A stretch of DNA of 52,449 bases from positions 1 to 52,449 of the forward strand of contig DBUA01000035.1 in assembly GCA_002307715.1 (NCBI GenBank), in the 5' to 3' direction. Made by a program: the position numbers and the translations under genes. The notes below the pieces were generated by a model that had not been told where the DNA came from, did no database searches, and saw only the letters and a list, made by a program, of their open reading frames with translations. This document shows positions 27,902 to 37,780 of this stretch, one piece after another; the first letter of the stretch is position 1, and each line of letters begins with the position of its first letter. This DNA is from Candidatus Moranbacteria bacterium UBA1302 (GTDB taxonomy: Bacteria; Patescibacteriota; Minisyncoccia; Moranbacterales; UBA1568).

Positions 27902-30355
27902 ATGTCGAAAGAAATCGGAGCCTTCCATGATGGAAAAATCGAAGACCGCAGCATCGCCGATGAAGTAAGGCAATCCTATCTTGATTATGCGATGTCCGTT
28001 ATCGTATCGCGTGCATTGCCTGATGTTCGTGATGGTTTGAAACCGGTGCATCGTCGCATTCTGTATTCTATGTGGTCGACCGGTCTCCGTTCCACGGCCA
28101 AGTTCCGGAAATCTGCGACAGTTGTCGGTGAAGTGCTCGGTAAGTATCATCCGCATGGTGATTCTGCCGTATATGAAACCATGGTTCGTTTAGCGCAGGA
28201 TTTCTCCATGCGTTATCCACTCGTGTGGGGACAGGGAAACTTCGGTTCCATGGATGGTGACTCAGCTGCTGCGTATCGTTATACGGAAGCGAAACTCATG
28301 CCGATCGCTGAGGAGATGCTTGTAGATATCGAAAAAGATACCGTTGATTTCATACCGAACTTTGATGGTGTGCACGAAGAACCGGTCGTGTTGCCAGCGA
28401 AATTGCCACAGCTTCTTTTGAACGGCACTGTCGGTATCGCGGTCGGTATGGCTACCAATATCCCGCCGCACAATCTCAATGAGCTTGTGGATGGTATCTG
28501 TCATCTTGTTGACCATCCAGAAGCAAGCGTGGATGATCTCATGGAATTCATCAAAGGTCCGGATTTTCCGACTGGCGGCATCATCTATAATCACAAGGAT
28601 ATTCGTGAAGCCTATGCGTCTGGTAAGGGCCCGATCGTATCACGCGCTAAGGCTGAGATCGTTGAGAATAAAGCGGGACAATTCCAGATCGTTATCACAG
28701 AGATGACGTATGCTACCAACAAGGCGACGCTTATCATGAAGATCGCCGAGCTTGTGAAGGAAGAGAAGATTATCGGTATAAAGGATTTGCGCGATGAGTC
28801 CGATAAGGATGGCGTACGTATCGTTGTAGACCTTAAAAAGGAGGCTTTTCCACAGAAAGTGCTGAATCAGCTTTATCAGATGACTGATTTGCAAAAGAAT
28901 TTTAATGTCAACATGCTGGCGCTTGTTGATGGAACTGATCCGCAGATTCTCACGTTGAAGAGTATTCTTGAACACTATATCAAGCATCGAGAAATCGTCG
29001 TGGTGCGTCGCACGGAGCATGATCTCCAGAAAGCTAAGGATCGAGCGCATATCCTTGAGGGGTTGAAGATCGCTCTTGATCATATTGACCAGATCATTGA
29101 GACCATCAAGAAATCTCCGACCAAAGAGGAAGCGCACGCGAACCTCATGAAGAAATTCAAGCTTTCTGATCGCCAAGCGACAGCTATTCTTGAAATGCAG
29201 CTTCAGCGTCTTGCTGGTCTTGAACGCAAGAAAATTGAGGATGAGCTTGAAGAGAAGCTTAAGCTTATCGCATATCTCGAGGACCTGCTGAAACATCGTA
29301 ATAAGATTCTCGGCCTTGTGAAGAGCGAGCTTTTGGAGGTGCGTGATCGGTTCGGGGATGCCCGTAAGACGAAAGTTATCAAGACTGGCGTTTCAGAATT
29401 CAAGCAGGAAGATCTTATTCCGAATGAAGAGGCGATTATAACGCTCACCGAGGATGGCTATATCAAGCGTATGAACCCGAGCGTTTATCGTGTACAGAAA
29501 CGCGGTGGCAAGGGAGTTATCGGTGCGACCACGAAAGAAGAGGATCGCATAGCGAAAGTGCTTACTATCGAGACGCATGATAATCTCATGTTTTTCACGG
29601 ACTCAGGAAAGGTTTTCCAGACGAAAGCTTATGAGATTCCAGAGTCATCCCGGACTTCTAAGGGTCAGGCAATCGTGAATTTCCTTCAGCTAACGCAGGA
29701 AGAGAAGATTACTGCGGTCATTTCGTTCAAGCCTAGTGATTATAAGTACCTTTTCATGGCAACTCGCAATGGAACCGTCAAGAAGACGAAAATTGAGGAT
29801 TTTGAAAATGTTCGTCGGAGTGGTCTTATCGCGATTACTCTTGAAAAGGGTGATGTGCTTGGTTGGGTAAGTCCGACGACAGGAACAGATGAAGTTGTCA
29901 TGACAACGGCTGACGGTCAATCAATCCGATTCAAGGAGTCAGATGTCCGTCCGATGGGAAGGAATGCAGCCGGCGTGCGAGGCATGAAGATGAAGGATGC
30001 CCAGGACTTGATCGTCGGTATGGATATCGTTGCGAAAGATGCTAAGGATATGGAGGTGCTGGTCCTGTCTCGGCATGGTTATGGTAAACGTAGTGCCCTC
30101 AAACAGTTTAAAGCGCAGAAGCGCGGCGGTTCCGGCATCAAGGCGATGAAGGTGACTGACAAGACCGGTGATATCGTCGGTGCGCTCATCACCAGTATGG
30201 AAAACATCGAGGACGATCTCATCCTCACATCTGAGAAGGGAACGATCATCCGTATTCCGTTCAAGAGCGTACCGCTTCTTGGTCGTGTGACACAGGGTGT
30301 CCGTGTCATGAAACCGCAGGCCGGTGACAGTGTCGCAGCTTTCACGATATTGTAA
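27902..30355 (+). CDS. gyrA: DNA gyrase subunit A
   Basis: [23 protein letters not shown], catalytic AAYRYTE, GyrA-box QKRGGKG. Confidence 0.98.
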   Translation: MSKEIGAFHDGKIEDRSIADEVRQSYLDYAMSVIVSRALPDVRDGLKPVHRRILYSMWSTGLRSTAKFRKSATVVGEVLGKYHPHGDSAVYETMVRLAQDFSMRYPLVWGQGNFGSMDGDSAAAYRYTEAKLMPIAEEMLVDIEKDTVDFIPNFDGVHEEPVVLPAKLPQLLLNGTVGIAVGMATNIPPHNLNELVDGICHLVDHPEASVDDLMEFIKGPDFPTGGIIYNHKDIREAYASGKGPIVSRAKAEIVENKAGQFQIVITEMTYATNKATLIMKIAELVKEEKIIGIKDLRDESDKDGVRIVVDLKKEAFPQKVLNQLYQMTDLQKNFNVNMLALVDGTDPQILTLKSILEHYIKHREIVVVRRTEHDLQKAKDRAHILEGLKIALDHIDQIIETIKKSPTKEEAHANLMKKFKLSDRQATAILEMQLQRLAGLERKKIEDELEEKLKLIAYLEDLLKHRNKILGLVKSELLEVRDRFGDARKTKVIKTGVSEFKQEDLIPNEEAIITLTEDGYIKRMNPSVYRVQKRGGKGVIGATTKEEDRIAKVLTIETHDNLMFFTDSGKVFQTKAYEIPESSRTSKGQAIVNFLQLTQEEKITAVISFKPSDYKYLFMATRNGTVKKTKIEDFENVRRSGLIAITLEKGDVLGWVSPTTGTDEVVMTTADGQSIRFKESDVRPMGRNAAGVRGMKMKDAQDLIVGMDIVAKDAKDMEVLVLSRHGYGKRSALKQFKAQKRGGSGIKAMKVTDKTGDIVGALITSMENIEDDLILTSEKGTIIRIPFKSVPLLGRVTQGVRVMKPQAGDSVAAFTIL

Positions 30356-30366
30356 CAAGAAGTTCA

Positions 30367-30397
30367 TAAAAAACCGGCTCTCAAAGGCCGGTTTTTT
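30367..30397 (+). terminator. intrinsic terminator after gyrA
   Basis: AAAAAACCGGC...GCCGGTTTTTT. Confidence 0.75.
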
Positions 30398-30444
30398 CTT
30401 GAAAAAAGCAGCCAAAAGAGGCTGCTTATGAAGTGTCCACAAAA

Positions 30445-30777
30445 TCATGGATGGCATGTGATTTCGACGAGATATCGGAGCGGACCGATTTTGAGGATGT
30501 GAGTATCATTGTCGGGAAGCATAATGCTCACGAGTCCATCAGGTTGCTTCGGATTTTCATCCCATGACCAAGCAGGAATTTTGACGGAACTAACGTCGAT
30601 ATGGTTCCCTGAAAGCATGATACGAATTTTCCCATCCCCAAAAAAGCTTTCCATCACCTTGTATGAGCCCTTCAGAGGACCTTGTTTTCCGATGGAGATG
30701 TAACAACTTTGACGGGTGAGGATTTTTTTAAATGAATCGGCAACACGATGAAGAGCGGTTAGCGTTACGGTTACCAT
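30445..30777 (-). CDS. hypothetical orphan protein (110 aa)
   Basis: AAGGA SD before ATG 30777; own downstream hairpin AAGCAGCC/GGCTGCTT. Confidence 0.6.
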   Translation of the reverse strand: MVTVTLTALHRVADSFKKILTRQSCYISIGKQGPLKGSYKVMESFFGDGKIRIMLSGNHIDVSSVKIPAWSWDENPKQPDGLVSIMLPDNDTHILKIGPLRYLVEITCHP

Positions 30778-31083
30778 GGAATTTTCCTTTCTCAAAGAAC
30801 GACGGAGGACACTGTTACTAAAACATAGAATAATAAAAATGTAAATATCTTCAAGTGAGTGACTATCTTGGTCTATGATATTGTATGTAGGATATCTTCT
30901 TGCGGCGTGCGAGTTCATCTGATTTATGGCACTGATGCCCTCAATACATGCAGATACTTGTGACGATTTGTAATGCGCTCGCGAAGAACGATATGTTCAG
31001 TTTTCTTTTGGCTTTGAAACATTTTTTCTTTACGTGGCTGGGGAATCCGTGGTATCTTTTACCTGCATATTTTTTCTTCATAT

Positions 31084-32268
31084 ATGAAAGATTATTCTGC
31101 ATTACAGCCAAGAAGGAAATCGAGGGTCGTCATGGTGGGCGGCGTCGGTATCGGTGGGGATAATCCGATCCGTGTGCAGACGATGACCAATACTGATACG
31201 CTCGATATCGAAGCGACGGTTGCGCAGATTAAAGCATGCGTGAAGGCTGGTTGCGAGCTCATCCGGCTCACGACGCCGACGCCTCGGCATGCCCAGGCGC
31301 TCGGAGCGATTCGCGAGGCGCTCGCGAAGGATGGCATTACGATTCCGCTCATTGCTGATATCCATTTTTTGCCGGCAGCGGCTTTCGAAGCGCTCAAGTG
31401 GGCGGACAAGATCCGACTCAATCCGGGCAATTTTCTCGATGGTAAGATTTTCCGTGAGTTGGCATTCAATGATGCGAGCTATGCCAAAGAAATTGAAAGA
31501 ATCGAGGAAAGTCTACTCCCGTTTATCGAAGCAGCCAAGACAGCTGGAAAACCGATCCGTATCGGTTCTAATCATGGATCGTTATCAGACCGCGTGCTGT
31601 CACGTTTCGGTGATACGCCACAGGGCATGGTTGAGTCAGCGATGGAATATCTCCGCATTTTCAAAAAATATGATTTTGAGGAAATCATTGTCGCTATGAA
31701 AGCTTCTGATCCGCTTATTATGATTGAGGCGAATCGTCTTTTAGTGTCTATAATGGAAAAGGAGGGCATGGACTACCCTATCCACCTCGGCGTAACGGAA
31801 GCGGGTAATGGCGAAGAGGGAAGAGCCAAGTCGACGCTCGGTATCGGCACGCTCCTTCTCGAGGGTCTGGGCGATACGATCCGCGTCTCGCTCACGGAAG
31901 ACCCGGCGAAAGAGATCCCGACCTGCTATGGCATCCTCCAGGCGACGCATCGGCGCATCACTCGGGCGGAGTTTATCTCGTGTCCATCGTGCGGTCGGAC
32001 ACTTTATGATATCGAGGAAGTGGCAAACATCATCAAAGAACGTCTCGGCCATCTGAAGGGTGTGCGTATCGCCATCATGGGCTGCATCGTGAATGGTCTC
32101 GGTGAGATGGCAGATGCAGACTTCGGGTACGTTGGTGGTGCGCCGGATAAGGTGAATCTGTACTATAAGAAGGAGTTGGTGCGGCGGGATGTGCCGCAGG
32201 CAGAGGCAGTCGATGCGCTCATCGGGCTGATTAAGGAAAAGGGGATGTGGGTTGAGCCAATCGTCTGA
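31084..32268 (+). CDS. ispG: HMBPP synthase (MEP pathway)
   Basis: PIRVQTMT, ADIHF, RLNPGN, RIGSNHGSL, HLGVTEAG, GDTIRVSL, SCPSCGR, MGCIVNG.GE. Confidence 0.96.
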   Translation: MKDYSALQPRRKSRVVMVGGVGIGGDNPIRVQTMTNTDTLDIEATVAQIKACVKAGCELIRLTTPTPRHAQALGAIREALAKDGITIPLIADIHFLPAAAFEALKWADKIRLNPGNFLDGKIFRELAFNDASYAKEIERIEESLLPFIEAAKTAGKPIRIGSNHGSLSDRVLSRFGDTPQGMVESAMEYLRIFKKYDFEEIIVAMKASDPLIMIEANRLLVSIMEKEGMDYPIHLGVTEAGNGEEGRAKSTLGIGTLLLEGLGDTIRVSLTEDPAKEIPTCYGILQATHRRITRAEFISCPSCGRTLYDIEEVANIIKERLGHLKGVRIAIMGCIVNGLGEMADADFGYVGGAPDKVNLYYKKELVRRDVPQAEAVDALIGLIKEKGMWVEPIV

Positions 32269-32350
32269 CCAAAAAAGAGTCTTTGAAATTTGTCAAAAGC
32301 CGGGTTTTTTGGTATGTAGAAGAAGCAGTTCTTTTTAGAAGGAGATCGTT

Positions 32351-32503
32351 GTGGATGAAGAAATACCTGTTCGTATTCCAGGTTTAGGGACTATTCCCTG
32401 TACCAAACGGCTTTATCCGGGTGAACCGCTGAAACAGGAAGGCGGTGCAGGCGATGTCGGAGACGACGCTCCGAAAAATACCGAAGACTCACAGGATGAA
32501 TAA
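32351..32503 (+). CDS. small acidic hypothetical protein (50 aa, not in the ORF track)
   Basis: AAGGAGA SD, GTG start, MDEEIPVRIPGLGTIPCTKRLYPGEPLKQEGGAGDVGDDAPKNTEDSQDE, double TAA, terminator GGCGTGCA/TGCACGCC-T tract. Confidence 0.6.
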   Translation: MDEEIPVRIPGLGTIPCTKRLYPGEPLKQEGGAGDVGDDAPKNTEDSQDE

Positions 32504-32594
32504 TAAACAGTTACAAAGGCGTGCAATGCACGCCGTTTTTCTTGCCTAAAAAACAGATATGTGTTATCGTTCATTTGTTAATTTTTTTACAACG

Positions 32595-32637
32595 AGCAGA
32601 TGTTGGTCTGAGCAAAGTCAAAGACGAGCATCTTGCT
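32595..32637 (+). promoter_or_regulatory. structured rpsO leader (candidate S15 autoregulatory element)
   Basis: AGCA-GATGTT-G-GTCT ... AGAC-G-AGCATC-T-TGCT hairpin ending 13 nt before the ATG. Confidence 0.5.
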
Positions 32638-32650
32638 GACAAAAATGCTT

Positions 32651-32914
32651 ATGGCACTTACGCACAAGCAAAAGGAGAAAGTGACTGGTGAAGTGAAGCG
32701 GCACGATAAGGACACGGGTTCCCCGGAATATCAGATCGCTTTGTTCACTGAGCAGATCAAGCGCCTTACGACTCACCTCAAGAAGAATAAGAAGGACTTC
32801 CATTCTCGTCGTGGACTCTTGAAAATGGTTGCGAAGCGTAAAAAGCTTCTCTCATATCTTGAAAAGACGAACGAATCAGCTTATAAGGAATTGGTAACGA
32901 CTCTGGGGCTTTAA
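32651..32914 (+). CDS. rpsO: 30S ribosomal protein S15
   Basis: DTGSPEYQIA, HLKKNKKDFHSRRGLLKMV. Confidence 0.97.
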   Translation: MALTHKQKEKVTGEVKRHDKDTGSPEYQIALFTEQIKRLTTHLKKNKKDFHSRRGLLKMVAKRKKLLSYLEKTNESAYKELVTTLGL

Positions 32915-32967
32915 TCAAGCCCCTTTTTCTATCATCTGATGATAGCCTTTCGTAAGACGAATGATGT

Positions 32968-33468
32968 ATGGCAAAATTTGCTGAGCAGCGTGTGGGTGTT
33001 TTGGTGGATATTTCCAATCTTTATTATAGCGCCCGAGTGTTGTATGGAAAGAAGGTGAATTATCGTAATATTCTTGAAGCGGCTGCTGGTGGACGTAAGC
33101 TTATCCGCGCTATCGCATATGGCATTAAAACAGCCGAAGCAACAGAAGAAAAGTTTTTCGAAGCCCTCGAGAAGAGCGGCTATGAGGTCAAGACCAAGGA
33201 TCTCCAGATCTTTCCAGACGGATCCAAGAAAGGTGACTGGGACGTCGGCATCGCAGTTGATGCCATCAAGATGGCTCCAAAGCTTGATGCGCTTGTGCTT
33301 CTTTCGGGTGATGGCGATTATGTTTCGCTCGCGGAATATATACAGAATACGTATGGCTGTCGTGTCGAAGTGATTGCTTTCGCCGAATCGGCCTCGGCTA
33401 AATTGATTGATATTGCTGATGATTTCATCAATCTTTCGAGTGATAAGCGACGTTTTCTTATTTCATAG
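32968..33468 (+). CDS. NYN-domain (LabA/DUF88, PIN-like) protein
   Basis: VDISNL, KGDWDVGIAVD, LLSGDGDY, ADDFI. Confidence 0.9.
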   Translation: MAKFAEQRVGVLVDISNLYYSARVLYGKKVNYRNILEAAAGGRKLIRAIAYGIKTAEATEEKFFEALEKSGYEVKTKDLQIFPDGSKKGDWDVGIAVDAIKMAPKLDALVLLSGDGDYVSLAEYIQNTYGCRVEVIAFAESASAKLIDIADDFINLSSDKRRFLIS

Positions 33469-33569
33469 GTTGATGTTGCATACGAAGACAGTCTTGTTTT
33501 GGCAGGGCTGTTTTTCTTTGACAAAAGGGCGAAAATGACGCTAAACTGAGGGCAGTTAGTCTTAATTCG

Positions 33570-33649
33570 AGCCTTTTTCAGGTTTATAGCTACACGATTC
33601 TTCACGAAACTCTCGGGGAGAGCCGCGTGTTTATGAGCTTGAATAGGCT
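33570..33649 (+). promoter_or_regulatory. long hairpin in the pnp 5' leader
   Basis: AGCCT/AGGCT, TTCAGGTTTATAG/TTATGAGCTTGAA, ACACG/CGTGT; upstream TTGACA(33518)..TAAACT(33542) promoter. Confidence 0.55.
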
Positions 33650-33663
33650 ATAAGCATTTTTAT

Positions 33664-35784
33664 ATGCAAGAGAAGAAATGGTCTCTCGAACTCGGTGGCC
33701 GCGAACTGATTATCGAGACAGGGACGCTGGCCAAGCAGGCAAGCGGGTCAGTGACAGCGCGTTATGGTGATACGGTTGTCTTGGCAACCGCGACAATGAG
33801 CAAGGAAATGTCCAAGATTACGGGCTATTTCCCACTCATGGTGGACTACGAAGAGCGGTACTATGCCGCGGGCAAGATTAAGGGATCGCGCTTCATCAAG
33901 CGTGAAGGCCGTCCATCGGATGATGCTATTCTTTCGGGGCGCGCGGTGGATCGTACGATTCGGCCATTGTTCGATAGCCGCATGCGCAACGAAGTACAGG
34001 TGGTCGTGACGACACTGTCGTATGATGGAGTGAATGATCCTGATCTCGTAGCGATGATTGCGGCTTCGGCGGCGCTTACGCTCTCGGATATTCCGTGGAA
34101 TGGACCGATCGGAGCGGTACGCGTAGGGCTTCAGAATGGTGCATTCATACTCAATCCTTCAAGCGAGGAGTGTAAAAGTGGCATGCTTGATCTTCTGGTC
34201 TCGGGCACCAAAGACAAGATCAATATGATCGAGTGCGGCGCTAATGAGATTACCGAAGAAAAGATGGGAGAGGCTTTCGAGTTCGCTTTTGAAGCCGTCC
34301 AGAAGATAGCAGCATTCATTGAGGATATCAGGAAAGAAGCTGGCAAAGAAAAGCGTGCTGCGGCTATGCTCCGTGGTTCTGATGAGTTTGAGGCTGATAT
34401 CCGCGCTTTTTGTGAACAGTCTGGTTTGGCAGAAGCGCTCTATCTTCGTCCAAAGCAGTCCATGGAAACGAAGGTTGCTGAAATCAATGCAGAAATCGCG
34501 AAATATGCGATGGAAAAATACTCGGATCAGAAAAATCTGAACGAACTCCTTTCCATTATCACCGAAGAAGTCTCTGACGAAGCGGTGCATGAGAACATCC
34601 TGAAGAAAGGCGCTCGTCCGGATGGCCGCGGTGTGACGGAGATTCGCCCGATCACTTGCAATGTTGGTATCCTGCCGCGTACGCACGGTACTGGCCTCTT
34701 CACGCGTGGTGAGACTCAAGCTTTGACCGTCACGACGCTTGGCGCTCCTGGCGATGAAATGGTCGTTGATACGATGGAAACCGATATCAAGAAGCGTTAC
34801 ATGCACTTCTACAATTTTCCGCCGTATTCCGTCGGTGAAGTGCGTCCGATGCGTGGTCCAGGCCGCCGGGAAATCGGCCATGGTGCACTTGCTGAAAAGG
34901 CACTTGTGCCGGTACTGCCGAGCAAAGAAGAATTTCCTTACACGATTCTTCTTGTTTCCGAGGTGCTCGAGTCAAATGGCTCATCTTCTATGGCTTCGAC
35001 ATGCGGTTCCACACTTTCCCTTATGGATGCTGGTGTACCGATCCGGAAACCGGTTGCGGGTATCGCGATGGGCGTAATTACAGGCAAGGATGGCGAGTAT
35101 AAAGTGCTGACTGACATCCAAGGTTTGGAAGACCATTATGGAGATATGGACTTCAAAGTGGCTGGCACCAAAGATGGTATCACAGCCATGCAGATGGATG
35201 TGAAGATTGATGGTCTGACCCCGGCGATGCTCAAAGTGGCTATCGCGCAGGCGCTCGAAGGTCGACTCTTCATCATGGATAAGATGCTTGCAACGATTCC
35301 GGAAGTGCGCAAGACGATGTCTCCGTACGCGCCGCGCATCATCACGCTCCACATCAATCCGGAGAAGATTCGTGATGTCATCGGCCCGGGCGGCAAGATG
35401 ATCAACCAGATCATCGACGAGACGGGTGTTTCGATCGATATTGAGGATGATGGTTCAGTATTTATCACATCTTCCGAAGAAGCTGGTGCAACAAAGGCGG
35501 TTGAATGGATCACAAATCTCACTCGCGAAGTGAAAGCAGGTGAGCTTTTTCAAGGTCGCATAACGCGCATCATGAATTTCGGCGCTTTTGCTGAAGTATT
35601 GCCGAACCAGGAAGGGTTGATCCATATTTCAGAGCTCGCGGATCATCGAGTCGAAAAAGTGGAAGATGTCGTGCGCGTCGGAGACGTTGTTCCGGTCATC
35701 GTAAAGGAGATAGACGCTCAGGGGCGTATCAATCTTTCGCATAAGGCAGCTCTGAAAAAACTCAGTGACGTTTCAGGTGAATAA
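33664..35784 (+). CDS. pnp: polyribonucleotide nucleotidyltransferase
   Basis: two RNase PH domains, [27 protein letters not shown] (IGPGGK) and S1. Confidence 0.98.
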   Translation: MQEKKWSLELGGRELIIETGTLAKQASGSVTARYGDTVVLATATMSKEMSKITGYFPLMVDYEERYYAAGKIKGSRFIKREGRPSDDAILSGRAVDRTIRPLFDSRMRNEVQVVVTTLSYDGVNDPDLVAMIAASAALTLSDIPWNGPIGAVRVGLQNGAFILNPSSEECKSGMLDLLVSGTKDKINMIECGANEITEEKMGEAFEFAFEAVQKIAAFIEDIRKEAGKEKRAAAMLRGSDEFEADIRAFCEQSGLAEALYLRPKQSMETKVAEINAEIAKYAMEKYSDQKNLNELLSIITEEVSDEAVHENILKKGARPDGRGVTEIRPITCNVGILPRTHGTGLFTRGETQALTVTTLGAPGDEMVVDTMETDIKKRYMHFYNFPPYSVGEVRPMRGPGRREIGHGALAEKALVPVLPSKEEFPYTILLVSEVLESNGSSSMASTCGSTLSLMDAGVPIRKPVAGIAMGVITGKDGEYKVLTDIQGLEDHYGDMDFKVAGTKDGITAMQMDVKIDGLTPAMLKVAIAQALEGRLFIMDKMLATIPEVRKTMSPYAPRIITLHINPEKIRDVIGPGGKMINQIIDETGVSIDIEDDGSVFITSSEEAGATKAVEWITNLTREVKAGELFQGRITRIMNFGAFAEVLPNQEGLIHISELADHRVEKVEDVVRVGDVVPVIVKEIDAQGRINLSHKAALKKLSDVSGE

Positions 35785-35859
35785 GCGCTGTCTAGTGTTT
35801 GCGACAGTTTGGTGTATACTAAAGGAGAGGTAATGCCTCTCCTTTAGATTTATCGCAGA

Positions 35860-36963
35860 ATGTTTATGTCACTGTTTTCTTTTGGGACAGAAACCGATCG
35901 TTCAAATAAAAAAGGTGATATCCCGCAGGAGTTTTATGATGCCGTAAGCGTCATGGAAGATGTTCCGTTTGGAAAATTTGAGAAACAGCCTGTGACAACC
36001 TCGCAGATTAGCCAAGCAGAGAAACTCGCAGATGGAGCGAGCCCATTTTTAGATGCGTTTCCTTCAAAAAAAGAAGCGGCTGCAGAAGGTACAATAACAT
36101 TTCAGCCTTCGTCTGAGGATACACAGCCGATAGATGTTCCATCCGAACTTGTTTTTTCTGATGAAATTGACAAAAACACCCGTTTTTCTGAACCAGAAAC
36201 GAAATCTGATTTTTCGTCCCCTAAAAAACATACTGCAACGCTTATCATAGCGATTTCATCTATTGCGATAGTCTGCATCGCTCTCGCGTATTATTTCTTT
36301 TCTTACAGGCCAACGCATCAACAGCCGGAGATGTCGACTTTTTCTGAAGTTTCAGAGTCAACTTCATCCGAAGTACAATCAGAAACGGCAAGTACAATGC
36401 CTTTTGCAACGGATACGCCGAATTATCTGCCTATTGACACCGAAACAGCGACTGCAGAAAGCGTTCGAGCGGCTTTCTTGCAAATTTCAACTCAGATGGC
36501 CGATGCCGGGATGGATCAGCCGGTAGAATTCTTCGTAACGGATAACAACAATAACCCTATCGCATTCAGCCGGTTTGCCTATATGACGGGTATTGCTTTA
36601 CCGGCGGATTTTTTGGCATTGTCCAATGAGACATTTTCGTTCTGTGTTTATAATGATGGAGGACAGATGCGTTTTGTTCTCGATCTTTCATTTAAGGATG
36701 CGGCAACTGCCGAAAAACTTATCACATCGAACGAATCCGGGCTGCCGGCTGCATTCCAAAAATTATTTTACGGAACAGAGGTTATTGCTCCGAATGCAGC
36801 GATATTCCGATCAGGCGCTTATGGCTCCTCAGTTATTCGTTATGTGAATCTTGATATTGATCGTCATTATTCTCTTGATTATGTCATTGAAAATGGCGAG
36901 ATGATAATCAGTTCAAGCAAGGATGCCCTTCGCGCTTTCTTGGCAGTACGACAATCGAAATGA
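35860..36963 (+). CDS. hypothetical membrane-anchored protein
   Basis: acidic N-terminal region, single TM helix, C-terminal globular domain. Confidence 0.75.
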   Translation: MFMSLFSFGTETDRSNKKGDIPQEFYDAVSVMEDVPFGKFEKQPVTTSQISQAEKLADGASPFLDAFPSKKEAAAEGTITFQPSSEDTQPIDVPSELVFSDEIDKNTRFSEPETKSDFSSPKKHTATLIIAISSIAIVCIALAYYFFSYRPTHQQPEMSTFSEVSESTSSEVQSETASTMPFATDTPNYLPIDTETATAESVRAAFLQISTQMADAGMDQPVEFFVTDNNNNPIAFSRFAYMTGIALPADFLALSNETFSFCVYNDGGQMRFVLDLSFKDAATAEKLITSNESGLPAAFQKLFYGTEVIAPNAAIFRSGAYGSSVIRYVNLDIDRHYSLDYVIENGEMIISSSKDALRAFLAVRQSK

Positions 36964-37106
36964 CGCGAATGGCTGTATAGAAGCTTTTTGATGATGTTAG
37001 AGAAAGTCCGATACTTTATTTTCTGATAGATAGATGTGCGATATCTGGTATGTCCAGTCGATAAGAGAGAAATGCCGATGAATAAGCGTCGTATCATAGT
37101 GATACA

Positions 37107-37135
37107 TTGACCCGAGTCGTTTTTTCTGCTATAAT
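37107..37135 (+). promoter_or_regulatory. near-consensus sigma70 promoter of the candidate large ncRNA
   Basis: TTGACC-17nt-TATAAT with extended TG. Confidence 0.75.
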
Positions 37136-37141
37136 GGATTT

Positions 37142-37749
37142 GTAAGGTTTGATTCTTTGACAACCGCTCCCTCTCTTACTGCGAAAGCAGCCATTCAGGG
37201 ACAGTGGAAGAGCTCTCATCCGCAGCGATGCGTTGCGAAGGAGAACTCTTTCACTGTTCAAGTGTTTCGACAATGCATCGAAACCGCTCCGCCCTAACAC
37301 GGAGACAAAAAACAAAAACAAAAGACGGGGTTAGCTACACAGCGGATGGAAATCGCGTTTGTATCTGCTGCGTAGCTAATGCCCACGCTCTTGAAAATAA
37401 TAAACATCAAGAGAAAAAATAAAAAGAAACAAAAAAATCGTTCTTTCAAACAAAACAAAGGCTTTATGCCAGAGAATGGTGAAGGGAGAAGTGCTTGAAA
37501 CGTTAGGACAAGCGCAAAAAAATGACATGCGCACAAACTACACGAATGTTCCTTGGATCACTGATGCTACTTACCCGGGCTAGGTGACCGAAATATACGT
37601 GTTGGCACATGCAACGTCGGGCGCTACAGAGCCAAAATTTATATTATTTGGGCGTTCATAGCGCCCGGCACCAACAATTCCTGAAGGGAAGGGGTCGGGC
37701 AGAGTATGGAAGAATAGATTGTAGAGATGGCTTGAAAGGCCATTTTTTT
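37142..37749 (+). ncRNA. candidate large (~600 nt) structured non-coding RNA of unknown class
   Basis: own promoter and terminator, no credible ORF, more than 10 helices separated by A/CA-rich linkers, two loop-loop complementarities. Confidence 0.7.
37724..37749 (+). terminator. intrinsic terminator of the candidate ncRNA
   Basis: ATGGCTT-GAA-AGGCCAT followed by T tract. Confidence 0.7.
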
Positions 37750-37780
37750 ATTGTAAAAAAGAGATCAAAATTTTGATCAT

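Noticed and set aside
37000..37010. RNase P RNA (GAGAAAGTCCG resembles the P4 5' strand)
   Set aside because: Lies upstream of the promoter and no matching 3' P4 motif (AGAACCCGGCTTA-like) was found
37142..37749. tmRNA or a protein-coding explanation (ORFs 37204-37422, 37094-37321, 37294-37536, 18-aa ORF 37527-37583)
   Set aside because: No tRNA-Ala-like ends or Ala-ending tag; the ORFs overlap one another, lack SD sequences and simply translate hairpins and A tracts
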